From assembly GCA_951406725.2 (NCBI GenBank), contig OX597826.1, positions 61,566,001-61,630,000 on the forward strand: 64,000 nt of DNA. Direction: 5' to 3'. Below, in pieces: positions 12,171 to 25,605 of the stretch (its first letter is position 1; every line of letters begins with the position of its first letter). The notes under the pieces are model-generated. The model had not been told where the DNA came from. It saw only the letters and a program-made list of their open reading frames with translations, and ran no database searches. This stretch comes from Octopus vulgaris. Taxonomy: Eukaryota. A program made the position numbers and the translations under genes.

Positions 12171-12535
12171 AGAGAAAAAATAACTTCTATTCAGTAATTA
12201 AAACGGAACAAGGTGAGTTGGTTCTTTCCACAGCCAAAGTCAACGTTTTCACTAACTACTGTCGAAGTAAATGCATGCTTGACTCTGTTGAGGCTTCTTT
12301 TGTATCCAGATCAGACAGGAATGCAATAATCATAGTTAATCTCTTTATCAGTATCCGTGAAGCCCATTCACGTGCAAGTGGTATTTAGCTATCTGTTAGC
12401 CAAGCTGCTTCTCTTCCTCCTACTACTCCCCAGTCCTCACGTATTTATGATTTTCTTAAATACAAGGTAAAAGTCGAAACTAAACAACATTTAATAATAC
12501 TACACAATAGTAGGGGCAGAAATGACACATCAAAC

Positions 12536-13620
12536 TATCAGGTCATCCCATAAGTTCTCTCCGAATTTTGAATGAAGAAAACAAGTAATCAAAAGTTATA
12601 TTTAATTGAAATTTAATCATCAATGTACTTTCCCTGATTATCTATGACTTCCTTCCCTCTATTTACAAGCTTTTTAATCCCATCAATGTAAAAGACTTTT
12701 GGTTTCAAAGCGAAGAAATGTCAGTTTCGACCTCCTCCTGGCTTGCAAAAGTTATGTCCCCGCAAATGATTCTGTAAACTACGACACAAATGGTAGTCAG
12801 AAGGAGCAAGGTCGGGAGAATAAGGTGGATGAGGAATTTGTTCCTAAGCAAGCTCTTCGATCTTCTGTGATGTGATCTTTGCAGTGTGGGGTCGCGCATT
12901 GTTCTGATGAAACATCACTCCTTTTCGATTCACTAAAGTGGGTCTTTTTTTCTTCAAAGCTTGGTTCAAACGCTCTAATTGCTGACAATAGACTTGAGCA
13001 TTGATTGTTGCATTAGGTGGTAACAATTCAAAGTGAATTACTCCTTTGTAATCCCACCAGGTAGAGAGAAGAACTTTTTCCCATGAAGTTCTCTTCTCGA
13101 TTGTGGTTGAGTTTTTCGCTTTTACCAAGTCACTGTTTACGACTTTTAACATTTCGATAGAAGATCCAGTTTTCGTCATCAGTCTCAAGTCTATCTAAAA
13201 ATAATGAAATGAGCTCGCGAGAATGGAGAATGGAGAGAAGAGCAGATGTCAACTCGGGATTTTCGGTTGCTTTCGGACAATTCATGAGGTACCCATTTTC
13301 CAAGTTTAGGATCCTTTCCAAGTTGTTGAAGATGACGATGAACAGTAGCATGGCTTGAACTAAGCTTTATTGCCAATTCTTCAATGCAGGTTTTTCTTCA
13401 AGTAATGCCTCAAGGAGCTTATCATCAAACTCAACTGGACGTCCTGTTCGATCTTCATCTTCAAGGCTGAAATCTCCACTTCTGAATTTTGCAAACCATC
13501 TTCTGCAAGTTCTTTCATTCAGGCATTCTTTCCCATAAACTGAGTGCATGTTTCGAATCGCTTCGGCTACAGAGTTTCCTTTTAAGTACTGATAAAGCAT
13601 TATGCAGGGAATTTTACCAT
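12536..13620 (-). mobile_element. Frameshifted mariner transposon
   Basis: RTCRRWFAKFRSGDFSLEDEDRTGRP, GKWVPHELS, WWDYKGVIHFELL and HQNNARPHTA in successive frames. One TIR-like end, tatcaggtcatcccataagttc. Confidence 0.9.
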
Positions 13621-14956
13621 CTTGTTGGTTGCACCATGGCTCACCAAAAGTTACAAACAGCAAGACTCCAAAATCATCAGTTACCAGGTTCACCTTAAGT
13701 TACCTAGATTTTGAGTTGGCGATAATAGCACTGACTGCTGCTAATCTAGATCTATCAATAATTATTCAATACAGCAGTAATTATAAAAGCATATCAGATA
13801 TACACAAGGTAAAATTACCTTCATCTTATTAATATAAATTTGATTTATTAAAAATCCCTTTAAATTAATTTTGAAAAGCACTTTTAACCAATGCCTTTTC
13901 TGGACAGCCTTACTATATGCCTTCAGGTTTGCCCATAGAGACACAGCCAAAATGACTATATTCCTGCTCCAATAAATTTAGATGCACGTATCTGAAGCAT
14001 ATAACACATTAATGAACTAGCCTGATTAAATAATTAAATAATAAACTAAAAGGGAAAAAAAAGCAACGAAAAAGGAAAAGCAAAAAAGCAGAAAGTAAGT
14101 TAATTAAAGCTGAAAGAGAAAATTAAGAATAAAAGTTAAACTTACACTAATTCAACAGCATATTAAAAATAACTTTACTAAACACTTAATTAAAAAAATA
14201 AACTACAAAAAATGTAAAGTCGACAAACTCAGAATGAAAAGACATACGAAATACAGGTAAGTATTTCGCCCGGAGTACTAACGTTTCTACCAACTTGCCA
14301 GGATGGAACTTAGACATTCATTTTAGAAATATATTCTTATCTTAACATTTTTGCTTGGGGCGTTACTTCTTACTTCCTCACTTACTGACAATAAATTTCA
14401 TGACATTTCGCCTTATAACTTTTTTTCTACTAATTTTTGAATTCCTCATGTATTTTTCTACCATTTAAGACTAAGCAAAGTATACTTTGATTTTAAAATA
14501 AAAAAAAATTATGTTAATTAAAGATGAATAGGTGCCTTACTGCTCACCTTTAGACCTCACATATTTTGATATAAGTTTTTTTTGTTACTGAACCGAATCT
14601 CAAACTATTTATGCCAAAGTGTAATTGAGGATGTGTCCTCTTTAAAACTATTAATAGTGTTTGCAATTTGGTTGAGAACTGAATTAGGGGTGAAGCTTGG
14701 AAGCTGCTGCGATTGACGAAATAGTAGGCTTAAGAATATATGCAACCATTACCGTAGTTGAATCTTATACATACATACATACATACATACATACATACAT
14801 ACATACATACATACATACATACATACATGCATACACACACACACACACATACACACATATATATATATATATGCATATGTGTGTGTATACATGAGTAAAT
14901 GCGTATATGTGTTTATAGGTGCATGAATGTGTGTAAGTAAATACACATACACATAT

Positions 14957-15374
14957 ACTCTTACTCTTTTTTACTCTTTTACTTGTTTCAGTCATTTGAC
15001 TGCGGCCATGCTGGAGCACCGCCTTTAGTCGGGCAAATCGACCCCGGGACTTATTCTTTGTAAGCCTAGTACTTATTCTATCGGTCTCTCTTTTGCCGAA
15101 CCGCTAAGTGACGGGGAGGTAGACACACCAGCATCGGTTGTCAAGCAATGCTAGGGAGACAAACACAGACACACAAACACACACATAATACATATATATA
15201 TACATATATACGACAGGCTTCTTTCAGTTTCCGTCTACCAAATCCACTCACAAGGCATTGGTCGGCCCGAGGCTATAGTAGAAGACTCTTGCCCAAGGTG
15301 CCACGCAGTGGGACTGAACCCGGAACCATGTGGTTGGTTAGCAAGCTACTTACCACACAGCCACTCCTGCGCCT
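14957..15374 (-). mobile_element. SINE family 1, full length
   Basis: Reverse complement of the copies at 5336 and 57992. Confidence 0.93.
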
Positions 15375-16286
15375 ATGTATATATATGTATATATAAATGA
15401 AAACGTGTGCCTAAATATGCGTGCACATAATTATCTATTTCTATTGAATGGTGTATATGGGAACACGCAGCGAAAATTTTGAAACCCAGTTCAAACATTC
15501 ACACACACACACTGTAAATATATATATTCATATATATATAGGGGAGAAGAAAAGGGAGATTCCCTACAAAAGAAAAGCAAATGAAATCAAAGAAAATAAA
15601 TATACATAAATAAAAAATAGAAATAAAAACAAGATATAGGGGAGAAGAAAAGGGAGAAGAAAAGCAAATAGATTAATAGTAATTGAAAAAGGGATTGGCG
15701 GGAAAGTAATATATGCATGTGTGTGGGAGGTATAGATACATGTATATATGAGTATACATATGTATACATTTGTATATTTGTGTGTGGGTATGTATGTGTG
15801 TGTATGTGAGTACATATATATGTATATACATATATGTATGCGCAGGCGCATGTGTTTATGTATGCATGTGTATGTGCATATGAGTGTGTATATATATGTA
15901 TATATATTACAAAATATAAAGTTATATCTTGAGATCGTTAGTGACAAGATATATAACAGACTGGAATAGTAGTGCTCAAATGAGCTGTATACACCTTTTT
16001 TTAATTATGTAATTTATTATGTCATTGTATGTTTTACGAGTTTAAGCGTAAATTCAAGGTGACATATATGCAACTTTGATTCTCTTGTATATTTATATAT
16101 TTTTATATGATATATTTACATATTACTAAATTAAAAATTTTTTAAACGTCCGGTTTTATATCTGTTCTGTAGATATAAATGAATATATGAATATATGTAT
16201 GTGTTTGATCTTTCTGTGGATTTTGTAATGTTCCTTTAGTTGCTGCTCGCATTGCCTCCCCTCGGATTAAAAACGAAGTATATATA

Positions 16287-16343
<57 letters not shown>

Positions 16344-16523
16344 GTGTATGTATAGTTATATCTATGCGCATACATATGTGTTTGACGTATATATGTGTAT
16401 GTATATATGTATGTTGGTATTCATATATATGTGTGTATGTGTATGTATGTATGTATGTATGTGAACACGTGCATGTGTATATATGTGTGTGAACACGTGC
16501 ATGTGTATATATGTGTATACATG

Positions 16524-16560
<37 letters not shown>

Positions 16561-16581
16561 TTATATATATGTGTGTGTATA

Positions 16582-18083
16582 CAGGGTGCGTAATGTATTT
16601 GCGGATATACCTTTTGGGTTCATTGCTGAATTTTTTGCTAACTCTGTATAATCTTTTGTTTCAGAAAGTAATAATGGCAGACCCTCAGCTTACACAAGAA
16701 ATGAAGAGGCATGCTGTTATTGTGGTTATAAAGGCTGAACATAGCGATTTAGAAATATCTCGATTTTTACAAGCTGCCAGATCTTTCGACTACAAAGTTT
16801 GTAAGGAACTAGAGACTGAAAATGGAAATGTATCACCAGTATCAAAGCATAAAAAGCATTCTAAACGCTCTGAAATCCTCAGAACATCTGAATTTATCCA
16901 GCAAATTCAATAGACCATTGATTACAATCCCAGAAAGTTCATGAGGTCAATCGCAAAAGATATCCATGTATTAGAAGAAACAAAAATGATGAGGAATGGC
17001 CAGTTTGTCAGAAAAAGTAAAGAAAATCACTACATCAGATCTAAACGGCTTTTATACAAACTGAAAAATCCATGAGAAGATTTGATTTGTTTTTTCTGAA
17101 ACGAGAAAAACTTCGACCAAGATCAAAAAGTTAACAGAAGAAATGACAGATGGTTATGTGCAAACCCTTTTGAAGTTCCAAGTGTTATGCATACAAAATT
17201 TGCTGCAACTGTCATGGTTTTAGGGGTTTTCAGTAATGAAGGACATGTGATGCCTCCTTACTTCTTTTCACAACGCCTTAACTTTCTTTCCACAAGGAGT
17301 TAACTCTGCCGCCTAGATACTTTTCTACTCTAGGCACAAGGTCAGAAATTTTGGGGAAGTGGACGCCAGTCGATTAGATCAACTTCAGTACGCAACTGGT
17401 ACTTAATTTATCGATCCCGAAAGGATGAAAGGCAAAGTTGATTTCAGCAGAATTTGAACTCAGAGCATAAAGACGGACGATATACCGTGAAGCATTTCGC
17501 CCGGTGTGCTAGAGTTTCTGCCAGTTCGCCGCCTTTTTCGCCCGGCGCGCTAATGAATCTGGTAGCTTGTCGCCTTTCCTCTACCGCCTACATTGAAGTC
17601 CTGGAAATAGTTGTCAAGCCTAGGATAGACTGTATGCAATGGAAGGCCATATGTATTTCAGTATGACTCAGCACTATTACACATGGCTTTAGTTACACAG
17701 GAGTGGGTGGCGGAAAATTTTCGTGATCACATAACCCCTAACATTTGGCCTCCTAATTCACAGATCTCAATCCATTGGACTATTACACGCGGAGCGTTGT
17801 TGAGAGATAGGTCAATTAACACGCCCATAACACCAAAGATCCTTTGAAAGCTGCCATAGTCAGAGTAATGTCCAAAACGAACCAGGACCACTTGATTCGA
17901 ACATGTAGATGATTTAGATCTCATATAGAAGCGGTTCTTGAAGGTGAAGGTGGCTTTATAGAAAAGAAGGTTTATTTTTATCTTCATAGCATTTTCTATA
18001 ATTAAAATTAGTGTCTGCTATTATATATATGTTTTTTTTTTTATAAACATAAATCTGTCCTCAAATATCTTAAGAAAACCCTG
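16582..18083 (+). mobile_element. Decayed maT/DD37D-like transposon interrupted by a SINE
   Basis: TA|CAGGGT...ACCCTG|TA ends. Motifs ENEKNFDQDQKVNRRNDRW, TKFAATVMVLGV and WPPNSQDLNPLDY-like (frameshifted). Confidence 0.82.
17320..17535 (-). mobile_element. tRNA-derived SINE family 2
   Basis: Minus strand reads aggcggcgaactggcagaaactctagc...tgagttcaaattc (A/B boxes). A related head fragment lies at about 14215-14300. Confidence 0.72.
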
Positions 18084-18163
18084 TATATATATATGTATAT
18101 GTATGGATACGTGCGTGTGTGTGTGTGTATATATACGGGTGTGTACATATGTATGTATGTGTG

Positions 18164-18198
<35 letters not shown>

Positions 18199-18373
18199 TT
18201 GTATGTGGGTATGTATATGTATATGTCTATGTGTGTGTGTGCATATATGTACGTAAATGTGTGTGTGTATAAATATATATGTATGTGTGTGTATGTATGT
18301 ATATATCTATATGTGTACATATGTATGTATGTGTACATATGGATATGTATGTATATATGTGTATATGTATATG

Positions 18374-18421
<48 letters not shown>

Positions 18422-18546
18422 AGTGTGTGTATATGTGTGCATGCATGTAAAAATATATGTATGTGCATGAATGCGTGTATGTATGCATATATGTGTGTGT
18501 ATACGTATATATGCATATATATATGTATGTGTGTGTATATATATAT

Positions 18547-18642
18547 GTACACCATAATAGCTGTGAGAATTAAATAGGTGACCTTTCCACGAAGGTACAC
18601 CATAACAGCTGTGAGAATTAAATAGGTGACCTCCCCACGAAG
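18547..18642. repeat. 2 x 48 bp tandem repeat
   Basis: gtacaccataa(t/c)agctgtgagaattaaataggtgacct..ccacgaag twice. Confidence 0.9.
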
Positions 18643-18941
18643 GTCATCTTTTGACAAGAATACATAAGTAATCTGACCATCCCTGAAGATTCGATTTCTT
18701 TATTTTTGATAGACTTAAATTTCACGCCCACTCTTCTCTATTATTTGATTTCAAATGAAATCAAAAACAGAAGTCAAAGGATGTCGCGGTACACGTGTTT
18801 CAAGCTTTATAAACCACCTATTCTTACATCAGAGTATAATAGACATACAGGTTGGTTTAAAGCTCTCTTCAGCCGCATGCAATTGTTATTCTAAAAGTTA
18901 ATGAAAAATCCGAAAGGTACATTTAGTATTATCCATAATGA

Positions 18942-19588
18942 TACGAGGGGCGTTCAATAAGTAATGCCCCTGACCCACTTGCAGTTGTTTGATCTAGCTG
19001 AAATTTTGCATGTGCAATTATTTATATCTCTATAGATTAAGTGGAAAATTATCATTCATGACCATTTGCATATGCAAAAGGTGTCTGTTAGATGGATTCC
19101 CAGGTTGCTCACACCTTTCCAGAAGCAAGAACGCGTCGATTGCTCGAGGATGAATTTGGAGATGTGCCAAGAAGATGAGTCAAAATTTTTCAAAAGACTG
19201 ATTACACAGGATGAAACCTGGGTCCATCACTATGATCCAGAGACCAAAGCCCAGTCAATGCAGTGGAAGCACCATGACTCACCTCCTCCAAAGAAGGCAA
19301 GGATGCAGCCCTCCGCTGGCAAGGTCATGCTCACAGTCTTCTGGGACCAGGACGGAGTAGTGATGACAGATTTCCTGGCAAAGGGTGCCACAATTACAGG
19401 AGTCTATTATGCTTCACTTTTGAGGAAATTAAGAGAAGCTATCAAAATCAAGAGGCGGGGCAAGATCGCCAAAGGCATCCTCCTCCTGCAGGACAACGCT
19501 CCGATCCACAACAGGCATGCGGCTATGAACTCATCACCCCCCTACTCTCCTGACCTTGCACCCTCTGATTTTCACCTCTTCCCAGCCC
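18942..19588 (+). mobile_element. Internally deleted, 3'-truncated mariner (same family as 22728-23995)
   Basis: TIR tacgaggggcgttcaataagtaatg. Motifs WIPRLL, ITQDETWVHHYDPETK, LLQDNAP and PYSPDLAPSDFHLF. The HTH region is deleted at about 19050. Confidence 0.92.
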
Positions 19589-20546
19589 AGGTCTCTTTCA
19601 TTCTTTTGTTGTCTTACCATTTATATATATATATATATATATATACATATATATTCTTTAAGTTTGTTTACGGGAAACGTCTTTGAGCATGCACATAAAA
19701 GCTCCTATGCAATTATGCCGGCTACGGCCTAGTAATTCTAATAGTAGTAACGCGAACTTGCAACAGAAACTGTTATATAACCTACAATAAATATTGTAAT
19801 AGTAATGATAATAATCCAAGGATGGAACATGTATGTTTTGTTATGTATGTATGTATGTATGTATGTATGTATGTATGTGTGTATGGATCATAGAAGAAAG
19901 ATATAAACAGGTTAAGAACTAGTATCAGGTAAGATTATGGCATTTGTATGCGTATAAATTGATATAACTTGAGGGTAGAAATGAATGTTAGACAAATCAA
20001 TCAAAAATAAATTGAAGAATGTTCATAACTGTCGTCACATGGGTGGATGTTGTGGTGGAGCTGACGGTGATGGAGTTAGTGATGATATTCGTAATACTGC
20101 TGTGTAGTGAATCTAGATTTTTAAGGGAGGCAGTTACAACTTGTCTTAAAAATGCCTCAAATCTTCTGCAATGTGCCTGGTACGTTTGAATTTATTTATG
20201 CTTCAAAATGTTATATTTTTGTTTGCTTTGTTTTACTTCACAAAACAGACTGTTCGTTTCTGTCTAATGAGTATTTTAAAATTTACAAAATTTAACAGTA
20301 TAATTAAGAGAGAAAACAGACGAGCATTTTGGGAGTATAAGCATATTTAAAGATGAAGTAATGAAACAATAAATTACTATCTTATTTTCCAAAGTATTTG
20401 AAAGGGCGTCCTAACTTTTTGTTATGATGTTTAAATAAAAATGCTTAATAACTTTATATACATACATATATACATACATACAGCGTACATACATATGTAT
20501 ATACATATACATACATACACACACACACATCTATGTCTATAAGTAT

Positions 20547-20731
20547 ATTAGGTTGGTGCATAATTATTGCAGCTTTTTTCAATAAATTTAATTAAAAAAA
20601 CAATAACAACATTTAACAAAAACATCTTAAAATGATTATTCCGGAGCATATTCACCATCTACTTCAATTTCTGCTTGGCGTTTTGTTAAAATTTTTTGTT
20701 GAATAAAATTTATTGAAAAAGGCTACACCCT

Positions 20732-20737
<6 letters not shown>
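20547..20737 (-). mobile_element. Mariner-derived MITE, partial (same family as 53507-53762)
   Basis: TIR ttaggttggtgcataattattgc and shared internal sequence. Confidence 0.75.
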
Positions 20738-20777
<40 letters not shown>

Positions 20778-21575
20778 GACATTCTTCTAAATCTTCTTTC
20801 TATGATTTTCCCTCTTCCATCTTTCTTAGTATATACTTTGACCCATAATAGGTTCACTTGATTAATAAGACTTTCCCCCAGTTAATAAGTACTATGCCAA
20901 CTCATAATAAGTGATAGTCTTTTTCTCCAAATTGAATAAATTTTAGATTGATATTTTTTCCTTTATTCGATAGACCAAATGTTGTGTTGATGTGCATAGG
21001 GTTTGTAAGGTCTTTGCACTCTCTTTTAATGTGATTGTGACCACTTGACATTGACTTAGTTCTCCTAACGCCGAATCTGTTCATCAAATAGTAGCAATTG
21101 GCATTTAGTATAAATTCCTTATATGGAGCTCTGAAACCCCCTTTACCCCATTTCTATAATTAGAATATCTTTATTGTCTCCTTCAACTTATTCTTCCCTC
21201 TCACAACATTACAACCAAACCTTAGTCAGTTAGTTGATGGGCATCACTACCTCAAATGTTCTTAAAATTTAAATCCACATCTTTGTCTATATATCTACCT
21301 TCTCTATAATGTTGCCACTTGAGAAGAAAATTTTTGTATAAATGGAAAACCTCTATAATTGGCTGATGAGTACTTGGCATTTTAAATCTGTTGTAATACT
21401 TACAACATTTAATAAAATGATGTAGTACGAAACGATCGTACCAATTTACCGAAGTCATTCTTGTTGCTTATTTTAATTATAATCACCCCACGGATTTCTG
21501 TGGATAACACCATACAAAATTCTGGTGCATCTAAATTAAGTACCATATTCATTTGAATCTAAATTGTTACTGAAC

Positions 21576-21606
<31 letters not shown>

Positions 21607-21610
21607 CGTG

Positions 21611-21653
<43 letters not shown>

Positions 21654-21885
21654 AATAGGAGTTAAAATGCTTTTTCTGCTACCATAGAGTTCTCTCAGAC
21701 AGTCACACACTTTTTTTACGTAGGCAAAACGAAAAAGTAATTATTACTTTATTTTAATATCGAAACGCGTATGTAGCTAATCTGAGTCGTGTGGATTCAT
21801 TATTTTTTCTTGTTTCCTACGTAAAAAAGTGTGTTACTGTCTGGGAGATCTCTATGGTAGCAGAAAATGCATTATAACTCCTATT
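21654..21885. mobile_element. MITE/fold-back element with ~70 bp imperfect terminal inverted repeats
   Basis: aataggagtta..ctgctaccatagag..ttttttacgtagg pairs with cctacgtaaaaaa..ctctatggtagcag..taactcctatt. Confidence 0.8.
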
Positions 21886-21964
21886 TCTAAATTCAGTGCG
21901 TGGTGAAGCAATTAGCTAACTCCTGATTATAATTGTTGTGTTTATAATTATAGAATATTTGTGC

Positions 21965-22015
<51 letters not shown>

Positions 22016-22727
22016 CACACACACACACTAGCAGAGATACCCGGCGTTGCTCGTGTCATATGGAATTGAAGAATTAAACTTTTCTTTCATATTTTCTCTA
22101 ATGAACTGGAATATCTATGATTGGAATTTCACCAAAATTGCAGAAGAAGAATTTTAATGACAGTTCTTTCCCTCTTTACACACCCTAATAAAAATTATAA
22201 TCATAGCACATTTATCCCATACTCCTCATCTTTATACCCAGATTCCAAAATTAAAATCTTATGGGACTATTCAAAGGTTTTTTGTTCCAAAAAGATGGAG
22301 CTCATGGAGCTCTAAAATGTGGGAGTTAAGGTCCCAATGGGGGGGGGGTATAAAGTCAACCAGAGAAGTTGAATTGTTGGGAATCTTTTGAACTTGGGTC
22401 TTATATCTATTGTTCAAATTTCTTTGAAATTGGAAATATATGTATGTTCACTGGTTTTGTGAAAGAGGGCAAAGATACAGGAAAACAAAAGACGAATGAT
22501 CACCCTAATCGTTACCACTCCCCAATGTAGGATTCCTCACGATACAAGTGACGGGCACAGCCGTAAGATGCATTACGGATCTAAAGCAATTGGAAGAGCG
22601 TGACCCAACTGAAATAAACATTAACAACTGTGTGACGTGAGGGCTAAGGGGTAATGAAAGTGTCACCTCTGGAGTTTGCCAATGATGACTATGCCGATAG
22701 GAAACTGGACAGAATAAGTTTGCTACC

Positions 22728-23995
22728 TACGAAGGACGTTCAATAAGTAATGCCTCTGACCCACTTGCAGTTGTTTGATCTAGCTGAAATTTTGCATGTG
22801 CAATCATTTATATCTGAACGAATTACAGCTCTGAACTAATTGTGGTTTCTGATTTACAGGTGTTTGAACCGAGTCAAGTGTGAAATGGAGCCTGTTGAGT
22901 GTCGAGCAGTGATCAGGTTTTTGTATTTGAAAGGACGCACACCACGGGAGACTTTTGATGAAATGAATGTAACTTATGGTGATGATGCCCCATCATATGA
23001 CCTTGTAAAACGCTGGCATCGTGAATTCAAACATGGTCGGAACTCTGTGGAAACAGCTCCCAGATCTGGTCGCCCCTTCTGCCATTGATGAGGCATCTGT
23101 CCGTCAAGTTGAGGCTGCCATTTTGGAAGATCGACGCATAATTATTCGCCAAATAGCCCATGAGGTCAAGATTAGTACCGGGTCTGTGGAAACTATATCA
23201 TTCATGACCATTTGCATATGCAAAAGGTGTCTGCCAGATGGATTTCCAGGTTGCTCACGCCTTTCCAGAAGCAAGAACGCGTCGAGTGCTCGAGGGTGAA
23301 TTTGGAGATGTGCCAAAAAGATGAGTCAAAATTTTTCAAAAGACTGATTACACCGGATGAAACCTGGGTCCATCCCGATGATCCAGAGACCAAAGCCCAG
23401 GCAATGCAGTGGAAGCACCATGACTCACCCCCTCCAAAGAAGGCAAGGTGCAGCCCTCCGCTGGCAAGGTTATGCTCACAGTCTTCTGGGGCAGGACGGA
23501 GTAGTGATGACAGATTTCCTGGCAAAGGGTACCACAGTTATGCTTCACTTTTGAGGAAATTAAGAGAAGTTATCAAAATCAAGAGGCGGGGCAAGATCAG
23601 CAAAGGCATCCTCCTCCTGCAGGACAACGCTCCCCTCCACAACTCGCTTGTCGCCAGATCAGAAGCACAGGCGTATGGCTATGAACTCCTCCCCCATCCC
23701 CCTACTTTCCTGACCTTGCACCCTCTGATTTTCACCTCTTCCCAGTCATGAAGTTGTTTTTGAAAGGAAAGCGTTTCCCAGATGATGCAGCCTTGATTTC
23801 TGAAGTCACGTTCAGGTTGGAGGACCAAGCTGGGGTCTTCTACAAAACGGTCTCCAGAGCTGCATCAAACAATGGGAGAAATGCGTAACTCTGGGTGGTT
23901 TCTATGTAGAAAAAGACTAATAACTGGGCCAAGTTTCGTTGCTCTACTGGTATGGGAAGTGGGTCAGGAGCATTACTTATTGAACGCCCCTCGTA
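22728..23995 (+). mobile_element. Full-length mariner (irritans-like), transposase pseudogenised by frameshifts
   Basis: Matching ~39 bp TIRs with TA ends. MEPVECRAVIRFL..PRSGRP, ITPDETWVH and LLQDNAP are spread across frames. Confidence 0.95.
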
Positions 23996-24304
23996 TAAAT
24001 CTCTTTGAATAACCAGTCACTTACCTGGGAAAGCCTTGAATTCAATGTTACCACTTGGGGACTATCTCTGACCCAGTGATGATTAAATGACTGAAAGGAG
24101 GTATGCAACCAAGTAACTTTACTGAACACTTTGCAACTGAATCAGTGGTGGCAGAGATGCCTCTCCTCTATTTGACAATTTATGTACCACATTGCAGAAA
24201 TCACAATGTAAGTATATCTCAGACAATGCAAGTATATCTCCTGGAACAATGTAAATATACCTTTGTCGAATGAATCAACCTCAATGCTTTGTTTATTTTG
24301 ATAA

Positions 24305-24820
24305 CCCTAGCATTTATTCTATCAGTCTCTTTTTGTCAAACCAGTAAGTTATGGGGATGTAAATAAACCAAAAGTAGTAATCAAGCAGCAGTGATGAAGG
24401 AAAAACATAGACACAATGACACACACACACACATACAATTACACACACACACACACATACATATATGCGATTGGTTTCTTTTAGTTTCTGTCTACGAAAT
24501 CAACTCAAAAGGCTTTGGTGGGTCTGAGACTATAGCAGAAGACACGTGCCAAAGTACTATACTGAAGACAGGACCATGTGTTTTGGAACCAAATTTCTTA
24601 CCACACAGCCACACCTGCACCTATATATATCTGTGTGTGCGTGTGTGTGTGTATATGTGTATGTATGCGCATGTGTGTATGCATGTGTGTGTGTATATAA
24701 ATGTAGGAACATGTATGTATATTATTTACTTGTTTTAGTCATTTGACTGTGGGCATGTTGGGGAACCGCCTTTAGTCGAGCAAATGTACCCCAGGACTTA
24801 TTCTTTGTAAGTCCAGTACT
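24305..24820 (-). mobile_element. Degenerate SINE family 1 fragments
   Basis: Head and body at about 24305-24620; a separate 3' piece at about 24725-24820. Confidence 0.7.
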
Positions 24821-24918
24821 TGTAATTCTTGAGTTTTAGGGATTGACACAGAGATAGACAAACAGACACATATTCTCATCTTTATATATATGCATATATA
24901 TATATATATATATATATA

Positions 24919-24952
<34 letters not shown>

Positions 24953-25066
24953 TAAAAGGAATTCCAACCTTGTCTGATTTTCACGTTTTATTTACAATCT
25001 TATAATGATATATTATAATTGAATAAAATAAAATGAAATAGTAGAATGTTAAATATTCATTCTGTT

Positions 25067-25111
25067 TGAACTAGTACTTTCATGCATTGAATTCTGCAAT
25101 CTTCGGGTTCA
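25067..25111 (-). ncRNA. Minimal PLE-type hammerhead ribozyme motif with one core substitution
   Basis: Minus strand: tgaac-CCGAAGA-ttgca-gaattcaa-tgcat-GAAA-GTAC-TA-gttca. Confidence 0.7.
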
Positions 25112-25605
25112 TGTAGTAGTGGTGACAGTCATGCTTCACAATTTTTGACTGTAGCAAGATGATTGATTCTGTGCTATAAATACAGCTGGGTAGGCTCCAG
25201 AGTGCTAGGTTTTGCAAACTGTATTCTGATCAATCAGCGTGTAGTATCACTCAATTACTTAAGCTGATTGGTTGGTTGAGCTGATTGGTTTAGGCATCAC
25301 GCTTTGTTGGACATGTCAAGAGTCCTGTATCTTGACCCTGGCCGAAGCAGCAATTGTTGGATTATTTTTAGAAATGTTGTAAATATCCTTTGTCAGAGAT
25401 TTTTATATTTTTATATTTCAATTGTCATCATCATCATTGTCAGCACCTTAATTATTGTTGCTAGTGGTGATGGTGGTGGCAATAGAACTTTTAACCCTAA
25501 ATAAAATAATTTTCCTGCTATCTTCATCTTGATCACCTTTAGTATTGTTGTTGTTGTTAGTGGTCATGGTCGTTGCAGTGGAAGTAGTACCTCTAAGTAT
25601 TATTA

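Larger units (their letters stand above)
22028..24890 (-). mobile_element. Non-autonomous Helitron with nested mariner and SINE insertions (joining of the two ends is inferred)
   Basis: Minus-strand 3' end gagcaacgccgggtatctctgCTAG|T resembles 60902-60927. A candidate 5' end tatatataaagatgagaatatgtgtctgt lies at about 24890. Confidence 0.6.

Noticed and set aside
18547-18642. CRISPR-like repeat
   Set aside because: Only two adjacent units with no spacers, in a eukaryotic context with no cas genes.
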